Positions 48,154-59,640 of a stretch of 64,000 nucleotides of DNA are shown one piece after another. This stretch comes from Felis catus (lineage: Eukaryota). Where the stretch lies: the NCBI RefSeq assembly GCF_018350175.1, contig NC_058368.1, positions 100,566,001 to 100,630,000 on the forward strand, written 5' to 3'. Position numbers and translations under genes: made by a program. The notes under the pieces are model-generated. The model saw only the letters and a list, made by a program, of their open reading frames with translations. It had not been told where the DNA came from and did not search any database. Positions within the stretch are counted from its first letter, which is position 1; the number at the start of each line of letters is the position of its first letter.

Positions 48154-51100
48154 AAGGAATTGACACGGCCACCCCAACCTTCAGCATCCACCACCCTGAT
48201 GGTCAATAGCCATCTACATCAAGGCAAGACCCTCCACCAGCAAAAAGATTACTGAAAGTTCAGCTAAAGGTTAAGATTTCTTAGCAATATTTTTCATTAA
48301 GGTATGTACTTTTGGGGGGCATAATGCTATTGCACACATAATAGACTACAGGACAGTACAAACGTCCCTTTCATACACACTGAGGAACCAAAACGTTCAT
48401 TTGACTCACTCTATTGCAATATTGGCTTTATCGTAGTGATCTGGAACGAGCCCCACAATATCTCCCAAGTAGACCTCTATCAGGCTTAAAAAGTCAGTAA
48501 TGCTCACGTTGGAGAAAACTGCTTTGCAGCAGATTTTTTTAAACACTCCCATGTTTATAAAAGAATATAGAATGGTCAGCGTGGGAAAGTGGATATCACA
48601 TGTGGCACATCACTGCACCCCCAGACAGTGCTGAAAACCCATAACTCTACCTTCAAGCCTTGTGCATGTCCTGTCTCCATGAGAGAAGTCACGCATACGT
48701 TGAGAAGACAGTGTGAAGGCAGCATGCCGCACAGACCCAGGAGGCCTGCTTCCTCTGCCAGCTGTTGGTATAGAAGTCCCATATATGGTTCCAACTGACT
48801 GCATGGTTGAGGGGCTATCATCTTTTTTGTCAGAAGAGAAGAAAACAGCCTCAGATTGGACCTTTCTATGCAACACATACTGTGTTCTTCATAGAGTTAC
48901 CATTTTAATTTACCACGCCATTGTTGAACAAGTTGCCGTTGGGGGTGCGGCTAACAAACCCCCCATTTTCCTCTCCTAAGGAGCCCAGACACTGTCTTCT
49001 TTATTCCCTTTCTCCAGGGTGCAACTGTAGCTACGAAAATGTACTCTGAGCAGTCCGCTGACAGAACACTCTCACAGCCAAGAGTGGAATTTCTCAAAGC
49101 AGATAGGAGAATAAGAGTCTTGGAAATAATTTATTTGAAAATATGAAAGTCGCCCAAAGCATGAGATCATTCTTGGCCGCCTAAAAAAAAGAAACAGAAT
49201 TGACCATTGTGCTCACAGTGTGCAAAACCGTGCTCAGCTGAAGGCTGCAGGAAGAAATCAGCCCCAGAGAAATTTTTAAAAGAAGGAAAGGCAAGGAAAA
49301 CCTGTCCAGTCCCCTGCCTCCGGCCTGCACGGATGCCCACAGGAGATGGAGCCATAGCTTACGCTGAAGCAAAGTAATTTCATTGTCATGAAACAGTTCT
49401 GGGCAAAGACGCATTGGAAAGGATGAGGTGAATTGAGAGGTAGAGGTTATCTGTGGATTTCAAGTGTCTGTTTCACTCCTGTTCCACTTCATCATAAGTA
49501 ATCATTAAGTGACATGAAAGTTAGGTAAAAATATCTAAAAGAGTGAGTAAGGAGAGTTGGCAGTTATACAATGACTTCTCTTGGTTTATGAAATGGTTTG
49601 GAAACCATGTACGGCCTTAGACTTCACGTAGTGTAAAGGTCCAACACGGCTATTACCATCTGATAATAAAATTGTAGAACGTCTCTCTCCTTTACAGCTA
49701 ATGTGGGCTCTACTTACAAGAAGAAAAAAAAAGAAAAAGAGAAAAAAACAGTATCGTTTTCCATGAGGAACCTGGCTTCCATTCATGGCAGACATCCAAG
49801 GAACAGAGCCTCTTGGTTTGAGCTTCTCACATTATGTAAGGAAATTCACAGACAGAAGGGTATGCACGAAGTCTCTGGGGGCTGAGACCAAACTAAGGAT
49901 TTTTAAACTTATTTGTGTCATTGAAATCTTTTTGAAGATTCAAGAAAAGAGATTTGCTTTCTCTTTTTAAGTCCTTGGGAGAAAGAGACCAATTTGGACC
50001 CCAATGTGCTCCTGGAGCCATGACCTTGACAAGTAAGCCCAACATTGCTGAGTGTCAGATTTTTTTTTTTTTTATATGTACCTGCCTGCCCTACCTCACT
50101 TAACAGGAAATAAATTCTATACCAGAAATAAAATCCCTTTGGCTCTTTGAAAAGCAAGAAGCCACGGAAGAAAGACTTTTTGGATAATTTCCTCTACTTC
50201 AGTGGGCTCAGATCCAGGAGACAGAGGCAAAAACTGCCATCCCCCTCACCCCCCAGGTTGTGCGTTCGCTCACATTCACTACCCAAGACTTCCCGTTTTG
50301 ATTGTTCCCCTTGATCGGAAAATGTAGAGCGCAAATGTGTGTTCTTAGATGCAGGAAAAATAAACATCCACGGGCTTCAGAAACACGCATGAGGAGCCTT
50401 CAGCTTGCATGATTCACTATAGCTTTTGACACTCTTCACAAATCAAGTCTGATTGGGTTTCTCATTGAAGCGATCTGACAGCCTAACCAGGAGGCCTCCT
50501 GGGGTTGTTCCTTCTCCTTTCTTTTTTTCTTAGTAATAGATAAAAACAAGCCCAGAAAATAGTCAGTTTGAAAGTGGTAGTATCCAAACTTAGTTTTCTT
50601 TTTTATTTATTGTCATGCAATTGCTTCTTTAACCCACTCTATCGATCTTGAGTGGAAGGCAGGGGTGTTGGATGGGAGAGGAGCATTGCTCAGAGTCAGG
50701 CCTCTGTGGTTCGGTCCTGAGGGAAAGAAATAAATAGTCCCAACCTAGAAGTTGGAGGGGAGGGGGGGGAAGAAAACCCAGAAGATTGACTGGTTTGCAA
50801 GGGATCCCAGTGGATTCCTGCTTACACCAGAGCATCATTTAAGCCTATGTTCTTCCATCTACCTTGTTTGCAGTAAATAGCTGCCCATTATATCAGGTCA
50901 GGCAAGTGCCGGGGCGTCACAGCTCAGTGGCCGTGATCTGCCCGCCAAGCAGCAAGAAAGGTCCCCCAGAGGGCAAACGCGTGTGTCAAGTTCTGGAGCC
51001 GTCAAGGTTCTAAGCGACAGCTTATCTTGAGGGTGTAAAACATGCAAGCTGTCCCTGCTCGTTTCTGCCTCCTCCCTGCCTCCCCACCCCACCTCTCCCG

Positions 51101-52355
51101 CTCCTCCCTTGTCCCTTCCCCCATTACACCGCTTCCCCCCCCCCCACGCCCCCAGCCCCCAATCCCCAGTCTTTTTCCCTCTTGACACTCTGCTTGAAAG
51201 AAGACAGATGCTGGAGCAGTTTTCCTTCAGTTGGCTCTAATTCCGTAAGGTGCAATCCACCAAATGCAACTCTGTCCATCTTTTGAAAAGGCTAAGGTCC
51301 TGAGGCAGCCCCATTTATTATTTGTCTTGACACGAACACAAATATTTTCAGATGGGTTGGAGTCTGTCACTTTACTATCCTTATGTTCTTTACCCTCAAT
51401 AAATAACACACATTAAAGTTCTTAAAGGCAAACAAAGAACTGTATCCAGGGTACCATTTGTCCTGCAGTTGCCATGTTTAATTGAACATTTTATAGCACT
51501 CTAATGCCATGTCAGGTTCTTAATGTGACATGTGTTCCACTCTTACATTATCAGGGGCTAGGAACATCACAGAATCTTCCTTGGATTCGTGTGCCTGAGA
51601 AGCAAGATTTATCCTGTGCAGTTCACTGAATCATTTATGAGTTGCCTTATCTCACCTAGGCAATTTTATAACTCATAAATGGCCCCTCTGGTCTGCTGTC
51701 TGGATTTTGTTTGCTGTAAAATCCCAAAATAGTATGACTATTTTCAAGACACTGAGCTAAATTTCACTGCCGTATAGAATTACTCTGTACCTGTCCTTTG
51801 CCACTTATTGGTCCCAGATAAGAGATGAACTGATGGAAAGTTGGGGGTACAAATGTCTAGCACTTTGGGGTCTGCGGTCCTGTGGTGCAAAGGTAAGAGC
51901 GGGTGTGTGTTAAGGCTCATAAAGCAATTATGGTGTTAGGCAATTACTTCTAGAAAATCTACTCTAGTCAGAGCTGAACGGTGACAGGACCTTTCTCTAG
52001 TTGCTTACTTTCTGACACAAATCAGCCGTGCCGCAGGAAGATGCACACTCCAACGTTACAAAAGTGTAGGATGCTGGGTAAACCAGTAAGAGATTCACCA
52101 TGTTTTACATAGAGGGGTCACTCTAAAGGGGGTCGTAAAAGAATCGTGGGGAGTTGTGTTTTGTTGTGTCATTTGCATTGAGGAAAAACTTCGCCAAGTA
52201 GATGGATGGGCCCTGAGTCTTTAAATTGAGAGAACCTGCTCCTTGCATTACGAAATCCTTGTGGTAGACACAGTTCCCGGCTCTGCGGGTCGTCAGCCTG
52301 ATGGCAACATTCCATCCCAGCAGAGACACGAACACTGTAATTTAAACATAGTTCA

Positions 52356-52566
52356 GGGGCGCCTGGGTGGCTCAGTCGGTTAAGCGTCCGACTTCAGCTC
52401 AGGTCACAATCTCACGGTCCGTGAGTTCGAGCCCCACGTTGGGCTCTGTGCTGAGAGCTCGGAGCCTGGAGCCTGCTTCGGATTCTCTGTCTCCCTCTCT
52501 CTCTGCCCCTCCCCCGGTCATGCTCTGTCTCTTGTCTCAAAAATAAATAAAAACATTAAAAAAATT
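52356..52566 (+). mobile_element. Young felid SINE
   Basis: Perfect TSD tttaaacatagttca at 52341-52355 and 52567-52581. Confidence 0.96.
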
Positions 52567-52871
52567 TTTAAACATAGTTCAGAGATGGCTTCTCCAGACA
52601 ATGTGGTTTGCACCAGCCGTCGTGTCACAGTTTCCCCGGAGTGTTGGGACTTTTTCTATATTTCTGGCAATAAACGCAAGTGGGTATGTATTTCTCACGT
52701 CTAATTTATATGAGGGGTTCTGTGTTAACTTTTACCAAAGCTCCGCGTAATGCATAGAATATATGGGATAGCCTTTGCTTTCAGGCAAAAGCATATATTT
52801 CATTTCCCCCAAATTCCATTTACAATGCATTCATAAGCCAACATTGGGAAAGGGTTTGTTAGTGTTTTCCA

Positions 52872-53092
52872 TGGGAGGCAGTGCAGCACAGTGAATTGGA
52901 TCTGCGTTTCATAGCTGTCTCTTGTCATTTCCCTCTGGGGTCTCAGTTTACTCATCTATGAAATGGAAAGAAAGAGATTTCTATTGTTAGCCTGTTACAA
53001 AGATTAAATATTCATAAGCACTAGAACATTCATAACATTCATAAGCACTAAATAAACATTCATAAGCACTAAATAAATGCCCGCTATCATTT
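52872..53092 (+). mobile_element. MIR with a local tandem duplication
   Basis: ccctctggggtctcagttt.ctcatctatgaaatgg core; acattcataagcactaaataa occurs twice. Confidence 0.7.
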
Positions 53093-53202
53093 TTGTTGTT
53101 GTCATTATTACCAGATTCATGCAAGTTCACTTTGTGAAACCCCAGAAGAGACTCTATATAAAACTTGGCAGACATTTTATCACTGTCTCTTTATTTCTTT
53201 AA

Positions 53203-53415
53203 AAAAATTTTTTTTAATGTTTATTATTTTTGAGAGAGAGAGACAGAGAGCAAACAGGGAAGGAGCAGCGAGAGAGGGAGACACAGAATCGGAAGCAGAC
53301 TCCAGGCTCTGAGCTGTCAGCACAGAGCCCGATGCGGGGCTCGAACTCACAGGCCGCGAGATCAGGACCTGAGCCGAAGTCGGCCGCTTAACCCACTGAG
53401 CCACCCAGGTGCCCC
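53203..53415 (-). mobile_element. Felid SINE, fairly young
   Basis: CpG-rich reverse body; TSD actgtctcttt..ctttaa. Confidence 0.95.
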
Positions 53416-54234
53416 TACTGTCTCTTTCTTTAACTTTCCATCACAAGTCATGGTAGTGGCAGGGATAGGGTGGGTCAGTCACCTGTATTATTTTTTAATT
53501 CCCACAAATATATATTGAGAGCCTACCAGGTACAGGCGTTATGAGAAACGGGAAGAATGACGGCAGATACTCCAGCTAAATAGTCATGAGGTTTATAGTT
53601 ACAGCCGGAAACTCCAGTCTTTGAGCTCGTATGAAACCTCCAGAGAGGTTTCCTAGGTGGGTGGGGAAAATCTGGATTCTCTCCACCTACAGCGTACCTC
53701 TCATGGGAAATCCACTAAATCTAATGATTCAGACTTTTTGGTCCAAAAACTCATTCTGTTTTTATAGATCTCTTTAAGTGTCTTCACACAAAAAACAATG
53801 TCTCTTTTTTTGACTGAGTTCATCCTAAAGGACAACTGACAGACCCATTCTTATCCCTCCATCCTTCCAGTCCTCGTAGAAACCTGTTATTAAAAGATTT
53901 TTTACAGATGGGCAATTCGTATCAAGCCTATAATATATCTTTCCATTTTCCCTAGGATGCAAATGTGAGAAACATCAAAGAAATTCAATTATAAAAACCT
54001 ATTTTCATTCAGTTAAGGACAGGAAAATTTATTATGGGTTGCTGTCTGCCATGTTTCACATGGGCATAAATGAATCCAATTTCAATCAAGGTTCCAACTC
54101 TGTCCTAATAGGTTTTGACTGGACTGAACACAGACCTCTTGGCTTGAGAAGATGTAATTCTACAATGATACTTACGGAATGAGGATATTACAAAACTAAG
54201 GTAGATTCCTAGACACATCTTGGATTTGGCATTG

Positions 54235-54237
<3 letters not shown>

Positions 54238-54285
<48 letters not shown>
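54238..54285. repeat. (AT)24 microsatellite
   Basis: Direct count. Confidence 0.97.
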
Positions 54286-54287
<2 letters not shown>

Positions 54288-55043
54288 TTTTTTTTTAATA
54301 AGGAACATAGGGGATAGGACCATCATGATTTTGATGGGTGGCTTCTGTTTCACTGGAACAACCTAGAAAGCAAGCCAGAGCACAGGCTGAGGAGAAAAGA
54401 GTGGGAACATGCCCACTGTGACCCTTCTGGCGTCCATTTATCCCTCAAAGACTTATGCATGGTTTCTCTGCCTCAAGGCAGAGCTATGCTCAAGTGCCTA
54501 GGTATGCAGGGGCCTTGCCTTCTTTGTAATATCCTGGATTATATACCCTCTCTCTAAAAAGCTTCCCTCCACTCCATGCTCACTTATGACAGAAAATCTC
54601 ATGAGAGAGTTGTGCTTTTTCTTTCAGCCATAGGATGTGAGTAAAGTGTCAAAGGGGAACTGCTCCAAGTGAAGTACAAAGCCAGGTTACCACAGCACCC
54701 CTGTACCCCAGGTGGCAAAGTGGAGTCTCCCGCTGGATACGACGTATTAGTAAAATGTCTTGTAAAATAACTTGGCATTAATTTCATATCAATTCAAACC
54801 CTGCAGCTCACGTATATATCCAATTCCACTCCCTTGTATATACCATAGAGACATTGTTGCCTATGTGCACCCAAAGAACGATACATCTTAGCCCTGTTTG
54901 TAAAAACAAAATGCCCCAAGTGTCTACTAACAGGAGAAGGAATAAATTAAATTGTACTATTTTCCCACCATAGATTACAAAGCAGTGAAACTGAATAAAT
55001 CATATCTTCATGCAATCCCAATATTAAAAATGTACTGAGGTGT

Positions 55044-55255
55044 GAGACGCCTGGGTGGATCAGTCAGTAAGCGTCCAACTCCAGCTCAGGTCATGATCTC
55101 ACAATTGGTGGGTTCGAGCCCCGTGTCAGACTCTGTGCTGACAGCTCAGAGCCTGGCGCCTGCTTCTGATTCTGTGTCTCCCTCTCTCACCGACCTTCCT
55201 CCCTTGCACTCTGTCTCTCTCTCAAAAGTAAATAAACACTAAAAAAAAATTTTTA
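55044..55255 (+). mobile_element. Can-SINE, first of a dimer
   Basis: Full body and tail. Confidence 0.93.
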
Positions 55256-55473
55256 GGGGTGCCTAGGTGGCTCAGTCGGTTGAGCATCCAACTTCAGTTC
55301 AGGTCATGATCTCACAGTTGATGGGTTCGAGCCCTGTGTCAGACTCTGTGCTGACAGCTCAGAGCCTGGAGCCTGCTTCGGATTCTGTGGCTCCCTTGCT
55401 CTCTGCCCCTCCCCCACTTGTGTGTGTGCATGCATGCACGCTCGCTCTCTCTCTCTCAAAAATAAATAAACAT
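55256..55473 (+). mobile_element. Can-SINE, second of a dimer
   Basis: ggggtgcctaggtggctcagtcggttgagc head directly after the first tail. Confidence 0.93.
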
Positions 55474-56243
55474 TAAAAAGGGTAGTGAGGTATGAAAAAA
55501 CAAGTCACACATATATATAGTATATATTATATATATGTACGTATGTATAAATATAGTGATGCTATTTTTATAAAGCTCGAAATCATGCAAAAATTAAATC
55601 TGAGGAAGTATTTACCTTCAGGAATTGGCATCAGTGCAGGAAAGGGTACCTAAGTAGTAACAACTGTGTCTTAGCAACTTTTGTGGTCCTAAATTGAGTA
55701 GTAGATATACTAGTGGTCATTTTATTACTATACCTTATGGATTACATATATCCTTCTGTATGTATGAATCATCACATGAAAAAAAATCCCATTAAAAAAA
55801 TCTTACCTAAAACAAATGGTCACTGGACTTCAGACTAAACGGCAAATACGTAGACCTCATCCTGATAGATAATTTCTGAGCTCCTGACAATGGAAAGATG
55901 GGTGAGCCCTTTTTCAGAGTTTATCTGGAAGTCTTGCCTTAAATTTGCCAATGTTATTTATAGGCCTTATTCACATCTATCATGGCTCATAAATGAACTT
56001 CTAAGAGTCACATTTACTGGATAAAGCTTCCAGGAACTCTCTAAAATTGTCATGCTTAAAATACCAAATGCAATTGTACATATTCCCATTTGGGATCTCG
56101 GCAGCATGACCTTCTTCCTCCCAAGGGGTTTCACAGAGCTTTGCATGCAGACTCAGAGACCAAGAAAGAAATCCTAGTAACGGTCCTACGATTTACATGC
56201 TGATGAATCTCCAGAGTAGCGTGCTTTTTGAAAAATCATTGCT

Positions 56244-56474
56244 GGGGCACCTGGGTGGCTCAGTTGCTTAAACATCCAACTGTGGCTCAGGTCATGATCT
56301 TGTCGTTTGTGGGTTTGAGCCCCATGTGGGGCTCTGTGCTGACAGCTCAGAGCCTGGAGCCTGCTTCGGATTCTGTGTCTCCCTCTCTCTGCCCCTTCCC
56401 CGCGCATGCTCTGTCTCTGTCAAAATAAGTAAATATTTAAGAAAGAAAGAGAAAGAGAGAAAGAGAGAAGGAAA
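56244..56474 (+). mobile_element. Can-SINE with a GA-rich tail
   Basis: TSD gaaa(a/g)atc(a/t)ttgct. Confidence 0.93.
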
Positions 56475-57409
56475 GAAAGATCTTTGCTATTTTCTTCTAC
56501 TTCAGAATAGGGTACTATAACCTATCTTCATTTGTCTCAGTGAGACAGGAAGAATGTAGAGGTTTTACGTTTCACAATTTTTAACCCCGAAAAAAGGGGC
56601 TACTCAAAATCATGAGGGATTGTACTAATGAGTGTATCTTCATTCCTCATATGTATAGTTGAAAGATATAAACATTTAAAAGTTAAAAACAGGGAAAGAG
56701 AAATACGGGTTAGCCCTTCTTAATTATTCTGCAGCTGATCTCATAGCAGAAAATGTTTTATTCCTTTAGTCTGAAATTTGGGAATTGTTTTCATTACATT
56801 ATCCAAAGAAATGCCAAAATGGAAAGAAAATGTTAAGGTCAGAGTTCTGAAAAACATCTTACAATTTCCTGATGGAACCCTATGGTGGCAACGGCAGTCA
56901 TTGTCACCCAGTGATTAGGAAATGCCATTATGAGAGCAATTATTAGTTATAAAACCACAGCAAAATACGTTGACCTAATGGCGATTCCTCAAAGGTAAGT
57001 CAAAATGTTCCACAAGCTTCTCTTATTGATTGTTGCTCCCTTGTGCACCTCTGGGAACAGAACAGCGAAGAAATGTTTTGATTGGAGCAAGATGACCTTT
57101 TCTATGGAAGCGTTTTAATGCCGTGATATGCTGAGATAAAAGGGGGGAAAAACCTTATTATTTTGTAACCCATGGGGAAATGGGCATTTTTACACTTTTC
57201 TTCAAAATCAGGGCTCTGGTGAAATTTCTCGAGGCTGGCTCTGCCATGCTACGTTCTTGATTGTGAGACTTAATGTCATTGCGTAACCAGTGAAGGAGCA
57301 GATGCCAACACTCATGGGCCCGGATGTGTGTGCTTCTTTGTGGATGCACAGAAGGGGAAGCATGAACTCGGGGAGAGTAATGAGAGGTGCCAGCCCAGAT
57401 GTGCCCGCC

Positions 57410-57565
57410 ACCATGCCCTGTCCTTGCGATTACATTATCTTACTTCCCCCCAACACCCTCGCGTGACCACAGTTAGCCTTACTTTACAGCTGAGAATTCT
57501 AAGGTCCAGACCAGTCAGTAAGTTGCCTGAGGTCACACAGCAAGGGGGTGGCATTCTGACTCTCT
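57410..57565 (-). mobile_element. MIR fragment
   Basis: tttacagctgag.a..ctaaggtccaga..gtaagttgcctgaggtcacacagc. Confidence 0.7.
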
Positions 57566-58324
57566 GCCTTGAGCAGGGTTTCCATCAACGAGAATTACGG
57601 ATGGGTCGTCAGAGGATCTGTGGCTTATCTTCAGAGAAAGTTGTCAAATTTGACATGTATCTACTATGAATAATTGCTGAGTGGCCCCTTCAAGAAAGTA
57701 AGCCCCCTTTTCTAAGTGAAACCATTTGCCATGGCAAAAACAAAAGAGAAGATGTGGACTCAGGGTTATTCTATCAGCATGGTTCTGCTTGAAATCAGCT
57801 CGTTGGTCCAAATCTCACTTTCTCTTTGCCTGTGTAGGGATTTTGTCTTCTTTTAGGATGAGAAGCATTTCTTAATGTTAGCCATTGTCTCTCTTTATCA
57901 ACATTTTGCTTTAGAAGATCTCCACGTTTAGATCAAACAAATGGGAGCGCAAAAATGTGGCAAATCGTTCCAGAAACACAAATATTGAATTTATAACCTG
58001 AGTCTACTCGAGCCTGCCATCTTCGTAAACAATTCACTGACTGTTGCTATTTGGGGTTGACAGCATGAATCAAGAGAGACCATACAGTCAAGGACATGCT
58101 GTTCTAATTTTCCCAATTAAAGAACATATCTAAAACTTGTTGTCATCCTTGAAAATAGACTTTCAAATCCACAGACATCAAGAAATGGTTTAGTAACCCA
58201 CCTGTGTAGACCTACAGAAATGAATGAGAAAAAAAAGACACCATGTACCTGAAGGGTAGCAAATAAATACTTCTCAGCATTCTTCAAGTATAAGTCTAAT
58301 CAAAGAACCAAATATTAGTACATC

Positions 58325-58567
58325 GCAGGGGTACAGAGCATAGAGTATGGAGCCAGACTCCCTGGGTTCAGATCTCCTCTCTGCTGTCCCTTACCCTCAA
58401 GACCTTAGGTAATAGTTGAACTTGTTATGCCTCAGTTTTCTCTTCTGTAAAATGGGGAAAATAATATTTCCTACCTTCTAGGCTTATTGTGAAGATACAT
58501 AAGTTAATCCACCCCTAAGTCTTTCCGTAGCACTTGGTAAGTGCTGCATACCGGCTTTACTATTATT
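58325..58567 (+). mobile_element. MIR
   Basis: tggagccagactccctgggttca..gcctcagttttctcttctgtaaaatgggga..ttattgtgaagat. Confidence 0.85.
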
Positions 58568-58788
58568 TTTTTTTAATTTTTTTTTAACGTTTATTTATTT
58601 TTGGGACAGAGAGAGACAGAGCATGAACGGGGGAGGGGCAGAGAGAGAGGGAGACACAGAATCGGAAACAGGCTCCAGGCTCTGAGCCATCAGCCCAGAG
58701 CCCGACGCGGGGCTCGAACTCATGAACCGTGAGATCGTGACCTGAGCCGAAGTCGGAGGCTCAACCGACTGAGCCACCCAGGCGCCCC
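58568..58788 (-). mobile_element. Young felid SINE
   Basis: Perfect TSD ttactattatt at 58557-58567 and 58789-58799; CpG-rich. Confidence 0.96.
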
Positions 58789-59067
58789 TTACTATTATTA
58801 ATAAGGCATCCACACATGCTGTATGTGGAGAAAGAGAACCATGGAACAGTTTTTTTAGTGACATGGCAACTATGAAGATATCTGTACACAAAGCTTCTAT
58901 TCATCATGGTCTAATAAAGGCATACAGGGTCAATAATGGAGAAAAACATAAAATGAAGTTTGCCTTTCAGTATTCCCAGTTTTATGGTCTCCACTCCCCT
59001 GCTTTTGCTATGCTTCTACCTTATTTTAAGAGGCCAGTATTTTCTGTAACCTCACAGTAACGTGCTA

Positions 59068-59640
59068 GATCATTTATTCTACCGATATTCACCGAGTGCC
59101 TGCCATGTGCAAAGCAGGTTGTAGATACAGGACACAGTGGTGACTAAGATAATAAAATTCTTGCTCCCCTGGAAGTTAATTGAAAATGCATATGGGGAGG
59201 GAGGGGCAGGAGGAGAAATAATAGGCCGAGGAGATGGTCATAGATCGTGACAGGTTTTAAGAGGAAAATGACGAAATGAAGAGTAAAGGAGGGCAGGGTA
59301 GACGACTTTAGTTGATAAGTCTCTCTGAGTAAGTAATGTTGAAACTGGAATCTGAAAAAAGACACAGCCGTTCAAAGACCTCAGGAAGCATCAAGTGCCA
59401 AAGCTCTAGGCCAAGAAATAGCTGGTACTTTGAGGATCCACAAGTATACTGTGGGGGGAAGTATGAGGCAAGATGAGGCTGGATGGAGTGGCGCCATTTT
59501 TTTTTTGTAGGTCCATGTAGTTCAAGGTCATGAGTTTGATTATTAACTTTTACTCTCAATGGAGTAAGAGGCCATTGGAGTGCTTTATGTGGGGAGGTGA
59601 TGCAATATGAGTTATATTTTTGTAAGGATTTTTGCTGTTC
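59068..59640 (-). mobile_element. L2 3' region
   Basis: catttattc..atattcaccgagtgcctgccatgtgc..tctctctgag.aagtaatgtt..aagtgccaaagctct..gccattggag. Confidence 0.75.

Larger units (their letters stand above)
45467..48275 (+). pseudogene. Inactivated Tigger1 transposase (TIGD1-like, CENP-B HTH plus DDE_1 domain)
   Basis: ATG at 45467 (MASKC..). ORF-track remnants [44 protein letters not shown] and [19 protein letters not shown]. Frameshifts, stops and SINE insertions; FNVDET is disrupted near 46250 and QPMDQG partly deleted near 47065. Confidence 0.9.
44990..48477 (+). mobile_element. Tigger1 (TcMar-Tigger/pogo) DNA transposon, near full length
   Basis: Both decayed TIRs are flanked by TA (44988-44989 and 48478-48479). 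The internal sequence is colinear with Tigger1 once five SINEs are removed. Confidence 0.93.
44806..48521 (+). mobile_element. MER20 hAT-Charlie MITE split by Tigger1 (parts 44806-44989 and 48478-48521)
   Basis: gggggtaattttgcccc..atgtctggagatattt..gtagaggcca..agccccccatgacaaagaatt on the left resumes as tatcaggc..aaaa.gtcagtaatgc..ggagaaaactg on the right. Confidence 0.85.
54720..55786 (+). mobile_element. Old L1ME-type 3' end interrupted by two SINEs
   Basis: caattccactcc..tatatacc.tagaga..tatgtgcacc..aacaggagaa.gaataaat..gcagtgaaa.tgaataaa. Confidence 0.7.

Noticed and set aside
45467..48275. Functional domesticated TIGD1-like gene
   Set aside because: Multiple frameshifts, stops, SINE insertions and damaged catalytic motifs.
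53010..53077. CRISPR-like direct repeats
   Set aside because: A short tandem duplication within a MIR, with no unique spacers, in a mammalian genome.
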